From Deltaproteobacteria bacterium (GTDB lineage: Bacteria; Desulfobacterota; Syntrophia; Syntrophales; UBA6807), in assembly GCA_011056835.1 (NCBI GenBank), contig DSDU01000243.1, positions 6,305-70,304 of the forward strand: a stretch of 64,000 nucleotides of DNA, in the 5' to 3' direction. The notes beneath the pieces were generated by a model. That model was not told the DNA's origin. It was given only the letters and a program-made list of their open reading frames with translations, and did not search any database. Positions 9,546 to 18,142 of this stretch are shown here, piece after piece (position 1 is the first letter of the stretch; each line of letters starts with the position of its first letter). A program made the position numbers and the translations under genes.

Positions 9546-10391
9546 TCAAGAACACTTGAAAGCAGTTGTGGTTTTGCTCACGCCGGGCAGCATGAACTTT
9601 CCGTGAGACTGTCTACATACTATTTCGGCCAGCCTTCCAAATATCACCGATGGGATCCGGTAAGCCCGTTTTGATGGGCGGGTGGAGCCGCCGATGACGG
9701 TCTCGACATAACCAAATCCGGTATGGTGCAGCAGGGTCCTCATCGTATCAGGGGCAAAATCATAAAGGTGATAAGGTGTATGGTAGAGGTTGAGCTTTCT
9801 GCTCAGCGGCCCCAGGAGTTTCACAATAGGAGTTGAATGAGGCCACCTCAGCAAAATGAAACCTCCGGGCTTGAGAATCCGGTTGACTTCCAACAACAGT
9901 TTTATCGGATCATGCACGTGTTCAATGACGTAAAAGAGCGTAACGGCATCAAAGACGTTGTCAGTTAGTGAAAGTTCTTCAAGCGGTCGAATGTGAACGG
10001 GGATATCCCACCGATCCCGAATGTATTGAATGCCGGCAGGAGATATTTCGACCCCTTCGACCTGCCAGCCGCAATTTTTCATTTCCCGAAGGAAAAAACC
10101 GAATCCGCAACCGATGTCAAGCAATTTCCCGCCATCGGCGCCGGTCCTCGTTCTGATCAGATGTGCAGACGAACGAACAACCGGCATCATCATCCGGTCC
10201 CACGCGGCTATTTCTTCGTGATCCACCGGCAGATAATCTTTATATTGTTCAGAAAGTTCCGAAGGGGAAGGACGGGGGACAATCCATACAAGACCGCAGT
10301 TTTTACATTGAACATATCGCCACCGCTCCCTCCGGCACACTAATGTAGCATTTATCTCATGACATAAGATGCAGGAACAACATGTGTTCAT
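9546..10391 (-). CDS. class I SAM-dependent methyltransferase with N-terminal Cys4 zinc-ribbon
   Basis: 281 aa. CSCILCHE...CKNCG gives two CxxC pairs. SAM motif I is LLDIGCGFGFF, with a post-I acidic residue and a motif-II-like DAVTLFYVIEHV. The start abuts the stop of the upstream gene (10391/10392). Confidence 0.8.
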   Translation of the reverse strand: MNTCCSCILCHEINATLVCRRERWRYVQCKNCGLVWIVPRPSPSELSEQYKDYLPVDHEEIAAWDRMMMPVVRSSAHLIRTRTGADGGKLLDIGCGFGFFLREMKNCGWQVEGVEISPAGIQYIRDRWDIPVHIRPLEELSLTDNVFDAVTLFYVIEHVHDPIKLLLEVNRILKPGGFILLRWPHSTPIVKLLGPLSRKLNLYHTPYHLYDFAPDTMRTLLHHTGFGYVETVIGGSTRPSKRAYRIPSVIFGRLAEIVCRQSHGKFMLPGVSKTTTAFKCS

Positions 10392-10964
10392 TCATATGCC
10401 TTTCTGCGGCGATTCGGCCCGTTCCTTCAACTTATCGAGAAACGCTTCAACCATGACATTGTGCTTCAGCCTGATCTTGAGATTCCAGAATATACGACGG
10501 ATGTATCCCCTGGGCTCTACAATTATTGTCTGGATTACCAGCGTCCCCTCATCGACGCGCTCCAGTTCCCATAGTTCCGTTCCTCCGGCGAAGAAGCCGT
10601 CACGAAAACTTAACCGTATCCGATCACAGGGAGCAACCTCTTCAACGCGAGACGTCCAGCCAAGCTTGAATATATGTTCGATCTTCGTCGTAACAACGGT
10701 TCCCTGCTGATACGGCAGCAGCGGTTCGAAGCTCACCATGGTTCCGCTGGGACAGAACGTCTGAAACGTTTCTTCATTCGTCAGCAATTCAAAAATCCGT
10801 TTTTTATCCGCGTTGACGAACCTCTCATGTCGATTGATTTCTCCCGCATAACCATGATAGTCGGGAGCGTCAACCGTGTATTTCGTCGAACAGCCGACCA
10901 GGCAGATCATGATGAACATACACCATGTTTTTCGAAAGAGATGAATCGCAGTGTGCCGATGCAT
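10392..10964 (-). CDS. lipoprotein, possibly SRPBCC (START/polyketide-cyclase-like) fold
   Basis: 190 aa with lipobox LVGC after a hydrophobic leader. The size and alternating beta/helix pattern are compatible with an SRPBCC ligand-binding fold. The fold assignment is tentative. Confidence 0.5.
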   Translation of the reverse strand: MHRHTAIHLFRKTWCMFIMICLVGCSTKYTVDAPDYHGYAGEINRHERFVNADKKRIFELLTNEETFQTFCPSGTMVSFEPLLPYQQGTVVTTKIEHIFKLGWTSRVEEVAPCDRIRLSFRDGFFAGGTELWELERVDEGTLVIQTIIVEPRGYIRRIFWNLKIRLKHNVMVEAFLDKLKERAESPQKGI

Positions 10965-11199
10965 TTTGTTTATCCCGACGCCGCTCAGTTAACAATTAGA
11001 CTGCCGTGGAACCTGCGGGTAAAAGCCTCAAATTTGAGTTTGACTTTTTTTTCTGATATTTGTACACAGTTTTTCTTGCACTCAAGTATTCCACTGTTAC
11101 AGGAAAGCGAAATTAAACATACAATCAAATCAGTGTAAAGATTTTTTTATCCACGCAGGATTGCCGAACATCACGAATCCGATCGACAGCCCGGAGAGC

Positions 11200-11958
11200 A
11201 TGAAAATCATGAAGGTTCTTTTTTACTGGGTCCTCTACCCGTTAATACGTCCCTTTTATCTGATATCCGTTATCCTGAATACGCTTATCCTGGGCATCAT
11301 TGTGATTGTTATTTCTTTTTTTGATAAAAGAGGCACTGTTGTTCACTATATCGGCCGATTCTGGTCGCTTCTCAACGTTTATCTTTCCGGGACGCAGGTG
11401 AAAATCAAGGGTAAGGAAAAGATAGATACAAGCCGTTCATACATTGTCATGTCCAATCACCAGAGTTTATTCGACGTCTGGGTCCTGATAGGGAAGCTTC
11501 CGCTTCAAATCAGGTGGATTGTTAAAAAAGAAATCCGCAAGATCCCCGTCTTCGGCTATGCTCTCGAAAGAATGGGACACATTTATATCGACAGGGGCAA
11601 CCGAACAGATGCATACGCAGGGCTGAACGAAGCCGCCCGCAGAGTCAAAGAAGGAACATCAGTGATAATTTTTCCTGAAGGAACACGAAGCAAGGATGGC
11701 CGGTTACTGACGTTTCGCCTTGGGGGAGCGGTGCTGGCACTCAGATCAGGGGTTTCGATCCTGCCGGTTACGGTCAACGGCGGCCGTTTTGCCCTTCGAA
11801 AAGGAACGCTGGATCTGTTGCCGGGGAAAATGGAGATTGTTGTCGGCGATGAAATCGATCCGAAACGTTTCGGAGAGAATGACGGTGAAGCGCTGATGGA
11901 AACAGTGCGGTCATTTATTGAAAAGAATCTCGATCTCTCATACGGGGAAATCCCGTGA
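11200..11958 (+). CDS. 1-acyl-sn-glycerol-3-phosphate acyltransferase (PlsC/LPLAT) family protein
   Basis: HX4D motif NHQSLFD, FPEGTRS motif, and an N-terminal TM helix. The start is ambiguous: the track gives TTG 11161, and ATGs occur at 11200 and 11209. Confidence 0.8.
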   Translation: MKIMKVLFYWVLYPLIRPFYLISVILNTLILGIIVIVISFFDKRGTVVHYIGRFWSLLNVYLSGTQVKIKGKEKIDTSRSYIVMSNHQSLFDVWVLIGKLPLQIRWIVKKEIRKIPVFGYALERMGHIYIDRGNRTDAYAGLNEAARRVKEGTSVIIFPEGTRSKDGRLLTFRLGGAVLALRSGVSILPVTVNGGRFALRKGTLDLLPGKMEIVVGDEIDPKRFGENDGEALMETVRSFIEKNLDLSYGEIP

Positions 11959-11997
11959 GCACGTAACCACCATGAAAGGTTCGAACAATCTATCTCA

Positions 11998-12897
11998 ATG
12001 AGAAAACACGCCCTTGACAGCCCACTATCATATTATGCCATCTTCCTTACCGTCCGGTATTTGCCCGTCCGGCTTTGTCACTGGCTTGGAAAAATGGTGG
12101 TCCTGCTGGTGTACGCATTTTCCGACCGTGACCGGGACGGCCTCATGAACAATCTCTCGCTGGCTCTGAACAGACCACCGACCGATCCGCTTATACGGCG
12201 AACAGTCCGCGGAATATTTTTAAACTACGGACACTACATGGTCGATTTCTTCCTCATACCTCAGCTTCCACCTTCTAAAGTCCAAAAGTTCTTTGCCGAC
12301 ATTCAGGGGGAAAATGTTCTTAAAGAGGCACTGGCGAGAGGAAAGGGGGCCATTTTCGTATCAGCCCATGTGGGGAACTGGGAAATCGGAGGAAGCTTAC
12401 TCCGTCTTATGAATTACCCCCTGGCGGTCGTGGCGATATCCCATAATGCGGGAGCGACAAACACCCTCGTGAACCACCTCCGCCGGCACAGAGGAACCGA
12501 CATAATAGAAATGAACCCTCTGTCGCCGTTTTCGGGTCTTCAAATCCTGAAGCACCTCAGAATGAATAAAATCGTCGCCATGGTCGGAGACAAGGACTTT
12601 TTCGGGCGGGGAAAATCCGTGACATACTTCGGGGAAAAGGTGGATTTTCCCATCGGTCCTGCCATGGTGGCCATGAAATCGGGGGCACCGCTTATTCCCG
12701 TTTTCATAATAAAACAGCCTGACGGACGATATGTGGGCATTCTGGAAGAAGCAATTCCCGTTTCGGATCAAGGCAACGAAGAGATGGTTCTCGACACGAC
12801 CCTGAACAAACTGGCACGGGTGTTTGAATCATATATTCGCCGATATCCCGACCAGTGGTATTGTCCCGATCCCATCAGCAAAGGGGAAATGCCGTGA
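11998..12897 (+). CDS. lysophospholipid/lipid A-type acyltransferase (LpxL/HtrB family-like)
   Basis: 299 aa with an N-terminal hydrophobic segment. SAHVGNWEIGG resembles the HxGNWE active-site region of the lauroyl/myristoyl acyltransferase family. Confidence 0.65.
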   Translation: MRKHALDSPLSYYAIFLTVRYLPVRLCHWLGKMVVLLVYAFSDRDRDGLMNNLSLALNRPPTDPLIRRTVRGIFLNYGHYMVDFFLIPQLPPSKVQKFFADIQGENVLKEALARGKGAIFVSAHVGNWEIGGSLLRLMNYPLAVVAISHNAGATNTLVNHLRRHRGTDIIEMNPLSPFSGLQILKHLRMNKIVAMVGDKDFFGRGKSVTYFGEKVDFPIGPAMVAMKSGAPLIPVFIIKQPDGRYVGILEEAIPVSDQGNEEMVLDTTLNKLARVFESYIRRYPDQWYCPDPISKGEMP

Positions 12898-14171
12898 AAC
12901 TTCATTTGATCATACCAAAATGGCCCGCCGACAGTCTCTGGGGTCAGATTTACTTTCGATTCCCCTATCTCTCCGTAACGACCGTGGCGGGGTTGACCGG
13001 TGACAGCTGGGAGGTTTCTATCATCGACGAAAATGCTGAACCGCTGGACTTTTCCAATCCGCCGGACCTTGCGGCGATCTCGATCATGACTCCCCTGGCA
13101 ACGCGAGGATACGAAATCGCGGACACATTCAGGAAACGAGGCGTTCCCGTCATTATCGGCGGCATTCATGCAACAACGATGAAACATGAGGCGAAACGTC
13201 ATGCCGATTCCGTGGTGACGGGCGAGGCGGAAGACACGTGGCCCCGGGTTCTGTCAGACTTTCTTGAGGGAACCCTCCAGCCTTTTTATGAACCGCAGCA
13301 TTTTCATTCATTGGTGAATCTCCCCCTTCCGCGGCGAGACCTCCTCAATCGCAGGAAATATTTTTTCACCAACACAATTCAGACGACCCGTGGGTGCCCC
13401 TTCGACTGCGATTTCTGTTCGGTCACCTCGTTCTACGGCCGCACCTATCGCGTCCGGCCGATCAATGATGTTGTTGATGAAATCAGCCGGATGGAAAAGG
13501 GATTCCTGTTTTTTGTGGACGACAACATCGCGGGGAGACCCGCCTATGCAAAGGAACTGTTCAGGACCCTCATCCCGATGAAGATCAAATGGTTCAGCCA
13601 AGCATCACTGAACATTGTAAAAGACCGGGAATTGCTGGCGTTGGCACAGGACAGCGGATGTATGGGATTGTTCATCGGCTTTGAATCTCTATCGCAGGAA
13701 AACCTCAAAGCCATGGGAAAATCGATGAATCGTGCGGCGGAATACCGAAGCGCCATACAAACGATACACGACCATGGAATCGGTATCCAGGGTTCGTTTA
13801 TCTTCGGAACCGATTATGATGATAAAACCGTTTTTCCCGATGTGCTTCGATTCATTGAAAGAACCCGCATCGAGGCGGCCTTGTTTTCGATTCTGACACC
13901 ATATCCGGGAACCCGCGTCTACGAAGCACTTGTTCGGGAAAACAGGATCATCGACACAAACTGGGAGCACTACGATATGAATCACGTCGTTTTCACGCCG
14001 AAGAACATGACTGTGGACGAACTGCAGGACGGCTTCACATGGGCATATAAGCGTTTGTACGGTCTCCGCTCCATTGCGTTGAGACTTCTTCCATTGAATA
14101 AGAACAGTCTTTTTTTCGGCATACAGAACTACGGTTTTCGTCAAGCTTGGAAAAAAACGCTTCGGGGGTAG
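12894..14171 (+). CDS. B12-binding-domain radical SAM enzyme (class B)
   Basis: The N-terminal Rossmann-like B12-binding region (DLAAISIMTPLATRGYEIADTFRKRGVPVIIGGIHAT) is followed by CPFDCDFC (CxxxCxxC). GTG 12894 overlaps the upstream stop (GTGA). The track's longer ATG at 12855 would overlap the previous gene by 43 nt. Confidence 0.8.
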   Translation: MKLHLIIPKWPADSLWGQIYFRFPYLSVTTVAGLTGDSWEVSIIDENAEPLDFSNPPDLAAISIMTPLATRGYEIADTFRKRGVPVIIGGIHATTMKHEAKRHADSVVTGEAEDTWPRVLSDFLEGTLQPFYEPQHFHSLVNLPLPRRDLLNRRKYFFTNTIQTTRGCPFDCDFCSVTSFYGRTYRVRPINDVVDEISRMEKGFLFFVDDNIAGRPAYAKELFRTLIPMKIKWFSQASLNIVKDRELLALAQDSGCMGLFIGFESLSQENLKAMGKSMNRAAEYRSAIQTIHDHGIGIQGSFIFGTDYDDKTVFPDVLRFIERTRIEAALFSILTPYPGTRVYEALVRENRIIDTNWEHYDMNHVVFTPKNMTVDELQDGFTWAYKRLYGLRSIALRLLPLNKNSLFFGIQNYGFRQAWKKTLRG

Positions 14172-14172
14172 C

Positions 14173-14850
14173 ATGATTCGACGATACGGTACTTGTCTGC
14201 TCATTTTAATAGGTTTTCTCTTCATTCCACACAAGGGGATATCCTCGCCGGTTTCGAGCCAGGACGAGTCGGCGCGTATCGTACAGCAGTTGAAAGAACG
14301 GGAAAAATCCCTGAATACGCTCACCGCAACGTTCATACAGGTAAAATCAACCCGCCTGTTGAAAGAGCCGTTGCACTCCGAAGGAACGATTTACTTCCAG
14401 GCGCCGGGGATGATGCTCTGCAAAATTCTCAACCCGACACCGGTCACGTTGCTCTTTAAAAACAGGCTGTTCCTCGTGTATTATCCGAACACGGGGAAAA
14501 GCAAAGAACGATACCTGGGTAACAATATCCTTAAAGAATATTTCGGCATGGGAAAACCGGTCGAGGAATTTGAAAAGCATTATGCTTTTACCCTCGACTC
14601 TATCGGCAATGACGGCACATACCATCTGAAGCTGATCCCGAGACAGAAAAGAATGGCACAACGCATCGAAATAATTGAAATGGACATTGCCCCCGATCAA
14701 TGGCTGCCCCGCCGTATTGACATACTGGAAAAGAATGGTGATTTTACGTCAATACGCCTGGAGTTCACATCGATAAATGAACCACTGGCAGCGGAAATAT
14801 TTCTGGTCGATATCCCTGATGACGGGAGAGGCATGGGAAATGGAAAATAA
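14173..14850 (+). CDS. LolA-like outer-membrane lipoprotein carrier family protein
   Basis: 225 aa with a signal peptide. The pattern LTATFIQVKSTRLLKEPLHSEGTIYFQAPGMM is typical of LolA-fold proteins. ATG lies 1 nt after the upstream stop. Confidence 0.6.
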   Translation: MIRRYGTCLLILIGFLFIPHKGISSPVSSQDESARIVQQLKEREKSLNTLTATFIQVKSTRLLKEPLHSEGTIYFQAPGMMLCKILNPTPVTLLFKNRLFLVYYPNTGKSKERYLGNNILKEYFGMGKPVEEFEKHYAFTLDSIGNDGTYHLKLIPRQKRMAQRIEIIEMDIAPDQWLPRRIDILEKNGDFTSIRLEFTSINEPLAAEIFLVDIPDDGRGMGNGK

Positions 14851-15787
14851 CCTCATTTTTCTCTACCCCGGGCAGGGATCACACTACAGGGGCATGGGAT
14901 ATGACATCTACGAATCATTCCCGGAAGCCAGGAATATCTTTGATCGTGCCGACGGTCATCTGGATTTCTCCCTAAGACGACTCTGTTTCGAAGGTCCCGA
15001 CGAAGAACTGAATTCTGATCTGAATGCGCAACTCGCCGTGTATACCATCAGCTGTGCCATCACTGAAGTGTTACGGGCTCACCGTATCGAACCTCTTATA
15101 ACTTCCGGATACAGTTCAGGCTTCTATGCCGCTGCATATGCCGCCGGTTGCTTTGATTTTACGGATGGTCTTGACCTGGTAAAGCGGGCGGGGGAGATAC
15201 TTCTCGATGAGGGCGGGAATTTTGACGGATGTATGGCAGTTATTTTCGGACTCTCCGGTGAACAGACGGAGCTTATCTGCCGCCGGTCCGGCACGGTTCA
15301 GGTAGCAATCAGGAATACCTCCCGTCAGATTATTGTATCAGGTCTCCGTTCCTCCGTTTCCAAGGCCATGGAAATAGCTTGCGCAGAAGGGGCGCTGGAC
15401 GCGTATTTCCTGGCGGCAGAAACGGCATATCACTCTATATTGATGGCGAACAGCAGCCTCCGTTTTCACACGCATCTTAACACAATCAACGTAGCATCAC
15501 CCCGGGTCCCACTTCTTTCATACAGTTCACTCGACCTGGTAACCGACGGAGAAAAGCTGAAAAAAACAATGGCCGATCAGCTCAGCAGCCCTGTTCTCTG
15601 GGTTGACGTAATAAAGAAACTCCGTTTAAACGATAATTTTATATTCATAGAAGTCGGCCCCGGTTCCGTCATCTACAGAACCGTCAGGTGGATTGACCGA
15701 ACAATCGAAGCCATGATAACGGATAAAGTAAAGACCATTGAAACCATTATCGAAAAATTCGTTAAAAAACCAGGGTGTTGGCGGTGA
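14840..15787 (+). CDS. malonyl-CoA:ACP transacylase (FabD)-like acyltransferase
   Basis: MENNLIFLYPGQGSHY carries the GQGS motif. The nucleophile elbow is GYSSG, where the canonical form is GHSLG. Conserved Arg (KRAG) and His (AYHS) are present. ATG 14840 overlaps the upstream gene by 11 nt; the track's ATG at 14777 would be a 21-codon extension inside that gene. Confidence 0.75.
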   Translation: MENNLIFLYPGQGSHYRGMGYDIYESFPEARNIFDRADGHLDFSLRRLCFEGPDEELNSDLNAQLAVYTISCAITEVLRAHRIEPLITSGYSSGFYAAAYAAGCFDFTDGLDLVKRAGEILLDEGGNFDGCMAVIFGLSGEQTELICRRSGTVQVAIRNTSRQIIVSGLRSSVSKAMEIACAEGALDAYFLAAETAYHSILMANSSLRFHTHLNTINVASPRVPLLSYSSLDLVTDGEKLKKTMADQLSSPVLWVDVIKKLRLNDNFIFIEVGPGSVIYRTVRWIDRTIEAMITDKVKTIETIIEKFVKKPGCWR

Positions 15788-15793
15788 GAAAGG

Positions 15794-16270
15794 ATGACAG
15801 CCATGTTCGATCCGTATATATATGATCTCTCGGAGGTACAGGCGATCCTTCCCCATAGAAGTCCTTTTCTATTCATCGACGGGGTAGTAAGCTTTTCCAC
15901 GGGTAAGAGCATTGTCTGCATGAAACAGCTTCAGGCGGATGACTCGTTTTTTGCAGGTCATTTTCCGGAACGTCCCATCATGCCGGGTGTGCTGATATCG
16001 GAGGCACTTGCCCAGGCATGTGGTCTTTTGGTCGGTCTCACCCTGAAGCGTGACGCCGCCGTTCCCCGGAAAAGTAATTTAAATCTCGTCCTTGCCGGCG
16101 TCAACATGAAATTCATGACACCTGCAAAACCGGGGGATACGCTTCGTCTGGCGGCGCAGCTTCAAAAACAATACGGAAGTTTTTTTCTTTTCACCGTGGA
16201 GGCTTCCATTGAAGATATGAAGATTGCCGGGGGGACGCTGACACTTGCTGAGACGATGCAAAGTCCATAG
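15794..16270 (+). CDS. 3-hydroxyacyl-ACP dehydratase (FabZ/FabA hotdog)-like
   Basis: LPHRSPFLFIDGV and FFAGHFPERPIMPGVLISEALAQ match the FabZ signature. 158 aa. An alternative ATG lies at 15803. Confidence 0.85.
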   Translation: MTAMFDPYIYDLSEVQAILPHRSPFLFIDGVVSFSTGKSIVCMKQLQADDSFFAGHFPERPIMPGVLISEALAQACGLLVGLTLKRDAAVPRKSNLNLVLAGVNMKFMTPAKPGDTLRLAAQLQKQYGSFFLFTVEASIEDMKIAGGTLTLAETMQSP

Positions 16271-16366
16271 AAATACACTTTTGCCCTTCAACGAAGCTCA
16301 ATCCGTTGATATATCATTACTATCGAATATAAGAGTCGAATCAGGAACGATACTACGGGAGATCCA

Positions 16367-18016
16367 TCATTCCCGTGAAAATTTCTGGATACGGCAGTTC
16401 GCCGTATCGGCCACAAATATATTCCCTGCGTCATCGGCGCAAATACCATACGGTTTGATAAACTGGGCACTGCTGCTTCCAGCTCCTCCAAAAGTCATGA
16501 GAATCTGCCCGACCGGAGACATTTCCCAGAAAGAGTGACTTGCTCCATCGAGGACATACAGGTTGCCGCTGCTCTGATCGACAGTCACATCAACGGGATA
16601 CACCATTGTGCCGGTTATTGCATTTTTGAAGTTTCCCCGTGATCCGAAAACCTGCACCCGCTGCATCTTGCTGTCCGCCACATAGACGTTGCCGCTATTG
16701 TCAACCGTGATTCCCATGGGTGCCACGAAATTTCCCGTTTCCTTACCGGCCTGTCCCCACGATCGAAGATACCGTCCGTCACCATTAAAGACTTGAATCC
16801 TGTTCATTTTTGCGTCAGTGGTGTATACCGAACCTTCGGGACCGACCGCAACGCCGCTGAGAAAGGCAAACTCACTGATGCCGGCGCCCTTCCGCCCCCA
16901 CTGAAGAACGACCCTCCCCGAGGTATCGAACTTCTGAATCCGGAAATTATACGTATCGGCAACGTAAACATTTCCCTGTCGATCGACGGCGACGTCATAG
17001 GGCAGCAAGAGTTGTCCCTGACCAGTTCCCTTCTGCCCCCAACTTCTGAGGAAGGTTCCATTCGAATTGAAAACCTGAATACGATTGTTGTATGTATCCG
17101 CCACATAGACATGTCCTTCGGCATCCGCTGCGATCCCGTAGGGAAGATTAAAATCGGCCGTGCCGGTGCCTTTCCGCCCCCATGATTGGGAGTATCGAAG
17201 GGCGCCCGTTGATGATCTCGTGTATGTCGCGGGTACCGATTGGGAAGGACCCGTTACTGACAGTACCCGATTCCCGACGTCAATAGCCTGCTTCGGTTCC
17301 TTCTTTACCACCGAAGCGACAGCGATTTTCTCCTGAACATCGATAATCCTGATGAGACCAATGCGAATTTTTTCAGTTCCGAGGATCTCCCCGGTCATGG
17401 GGTGTTTAATAGGCTGCCCCTCCTGGTATACCTCAAAGTTCATGCCTTTTTTTACCCCTTCTTGTTTCCCCATATCAATGGTATAGGACTTTTCCTTTTT
17501 TTGAATAATAATACCTCTCAGGGGGAATTGATCGGTAATCTGCGACACAAAACCTGGGATTTTTCTGAATAGTTCCGACGAGGTTCCCGCCGACAGGCGA
17601 TCGGCAACTTTGATCGATGCACTCTCCGTTTCAACGATTTTGACAACAAGATCCATACCTCGGGGATAGCTGATGACGGAACCGGTAACGATATACGTGG
17701 CACCGAGAACACGCCCCAGTTGCGCCGCCGTATTGGCATCGACCAGTCCTGTGAGACCAAGTTGCTGCTCTTCGACTATCTTCTTCAATGCCTGTCGTTC
17801 AATTACATCAAAACGACCTCCTTTGACAAATTCAGCCGTCAGCAGTTGCGATGCCATTGTTCCGAGTTCATCTTCCTTCGCCTTATCACCCTGAGAATCA
17901 AGATCGACGACGGCTATTCTCGTCTTCTTCGCTGCGTACACCGGAGACATCCCCCCGATGCACACACACCAGGAAAGCACTACAACTAACAGGATTCTGC
18001 CTATTGATCGATGCAT
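16367..18016 (-). CDS. secreted protein: CsgG/LpoB-like N-terminal domain fused to a six-bladed NHL-repeat beta-propeller
   Basis: 549 aa with strong SD AAGGAG. Signal peptide, then IAVVDL...FDVIERQALKKIVEEQQLGLTGLV...GATYIVTGSV (CsgG-like pattern). This is followed by six repeats of the type YGIAADAEGHVYVADTYNNRIQVF. Confidence 0.8.
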   Translation of the reverse strand: MHRSIGRILLVVVLSWCVCIGGMSPVYAAKKTRIAVVDLDSQGDKAKEDELGTMASQLLTAEFVKGGRFDVIERQALKKIVEEQQLGLTGLVDANTAAQLGRVLGATYIVTGSVISYPRGMDLVVKIVETESASIKVADRLSAGTSSELFRKIPGFVSQITDQFPLRGIIIQKKEKSYTIDMGKQEGVKKGMNFEVYQEGQPIKHPMTGEILGTEKIRIGLIRIIDVQEKIAVASVVKKEPKQAIDVGNRVLSVTGPSQSVPATYTRSSTGALRYSQSWGRKGTGTADFNLPYGIAADAEGHVYVADTYNNRIQVFNSNGTFLRSWGQKGTGQGQLLLPYDVAVDRQGNVYVADTYNFRIQKFDTSGRVVLQWGRKGAGISEFAFLSGVAVGPEGSVYTTDAKMNRIQVFNGDGRYLRSWGQAGKETGNFVAPMGITVDNSGNVYVADSKMQRVQVFGSRGNFKNAITGTMVYPVDVTVDQSSGNLYVLDGASHSFWEMSPVGQILMTFGGAGSSSAQFIKPYGICADDAGNIFVADTANCRIQKFSRE

Positions 18017-18142
18017 TGATTTTTTCTCCTTTTAATTCATAAACCGTTTCGCTCGCTATTCCGGGGGTTAAGGCAGACACGACGGCATATTATACAATAC
18101 CTCCACTGTCTCTTTAGCCCCGCTCCTTGCTAACTCTCCGTA

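Noticed and set aside
13689-14336. 215-aa minus-strand ORF spanning the radical SAM/LolA-like junction
   Set aside because: It is antisense to two motif-supported, translationally coupled genes and has no RBS.
16288-16309. Hairpin TCAACG-10 nt-CGTTGA between the convergent FabZ-like and NHL genes as a bidirectional terminator
   Set aside because: The stem is only 6 bp and AT-rich, with a large loop and no flanking U-tract. I found no convincing intrinsic terminator anywhere in the arm.
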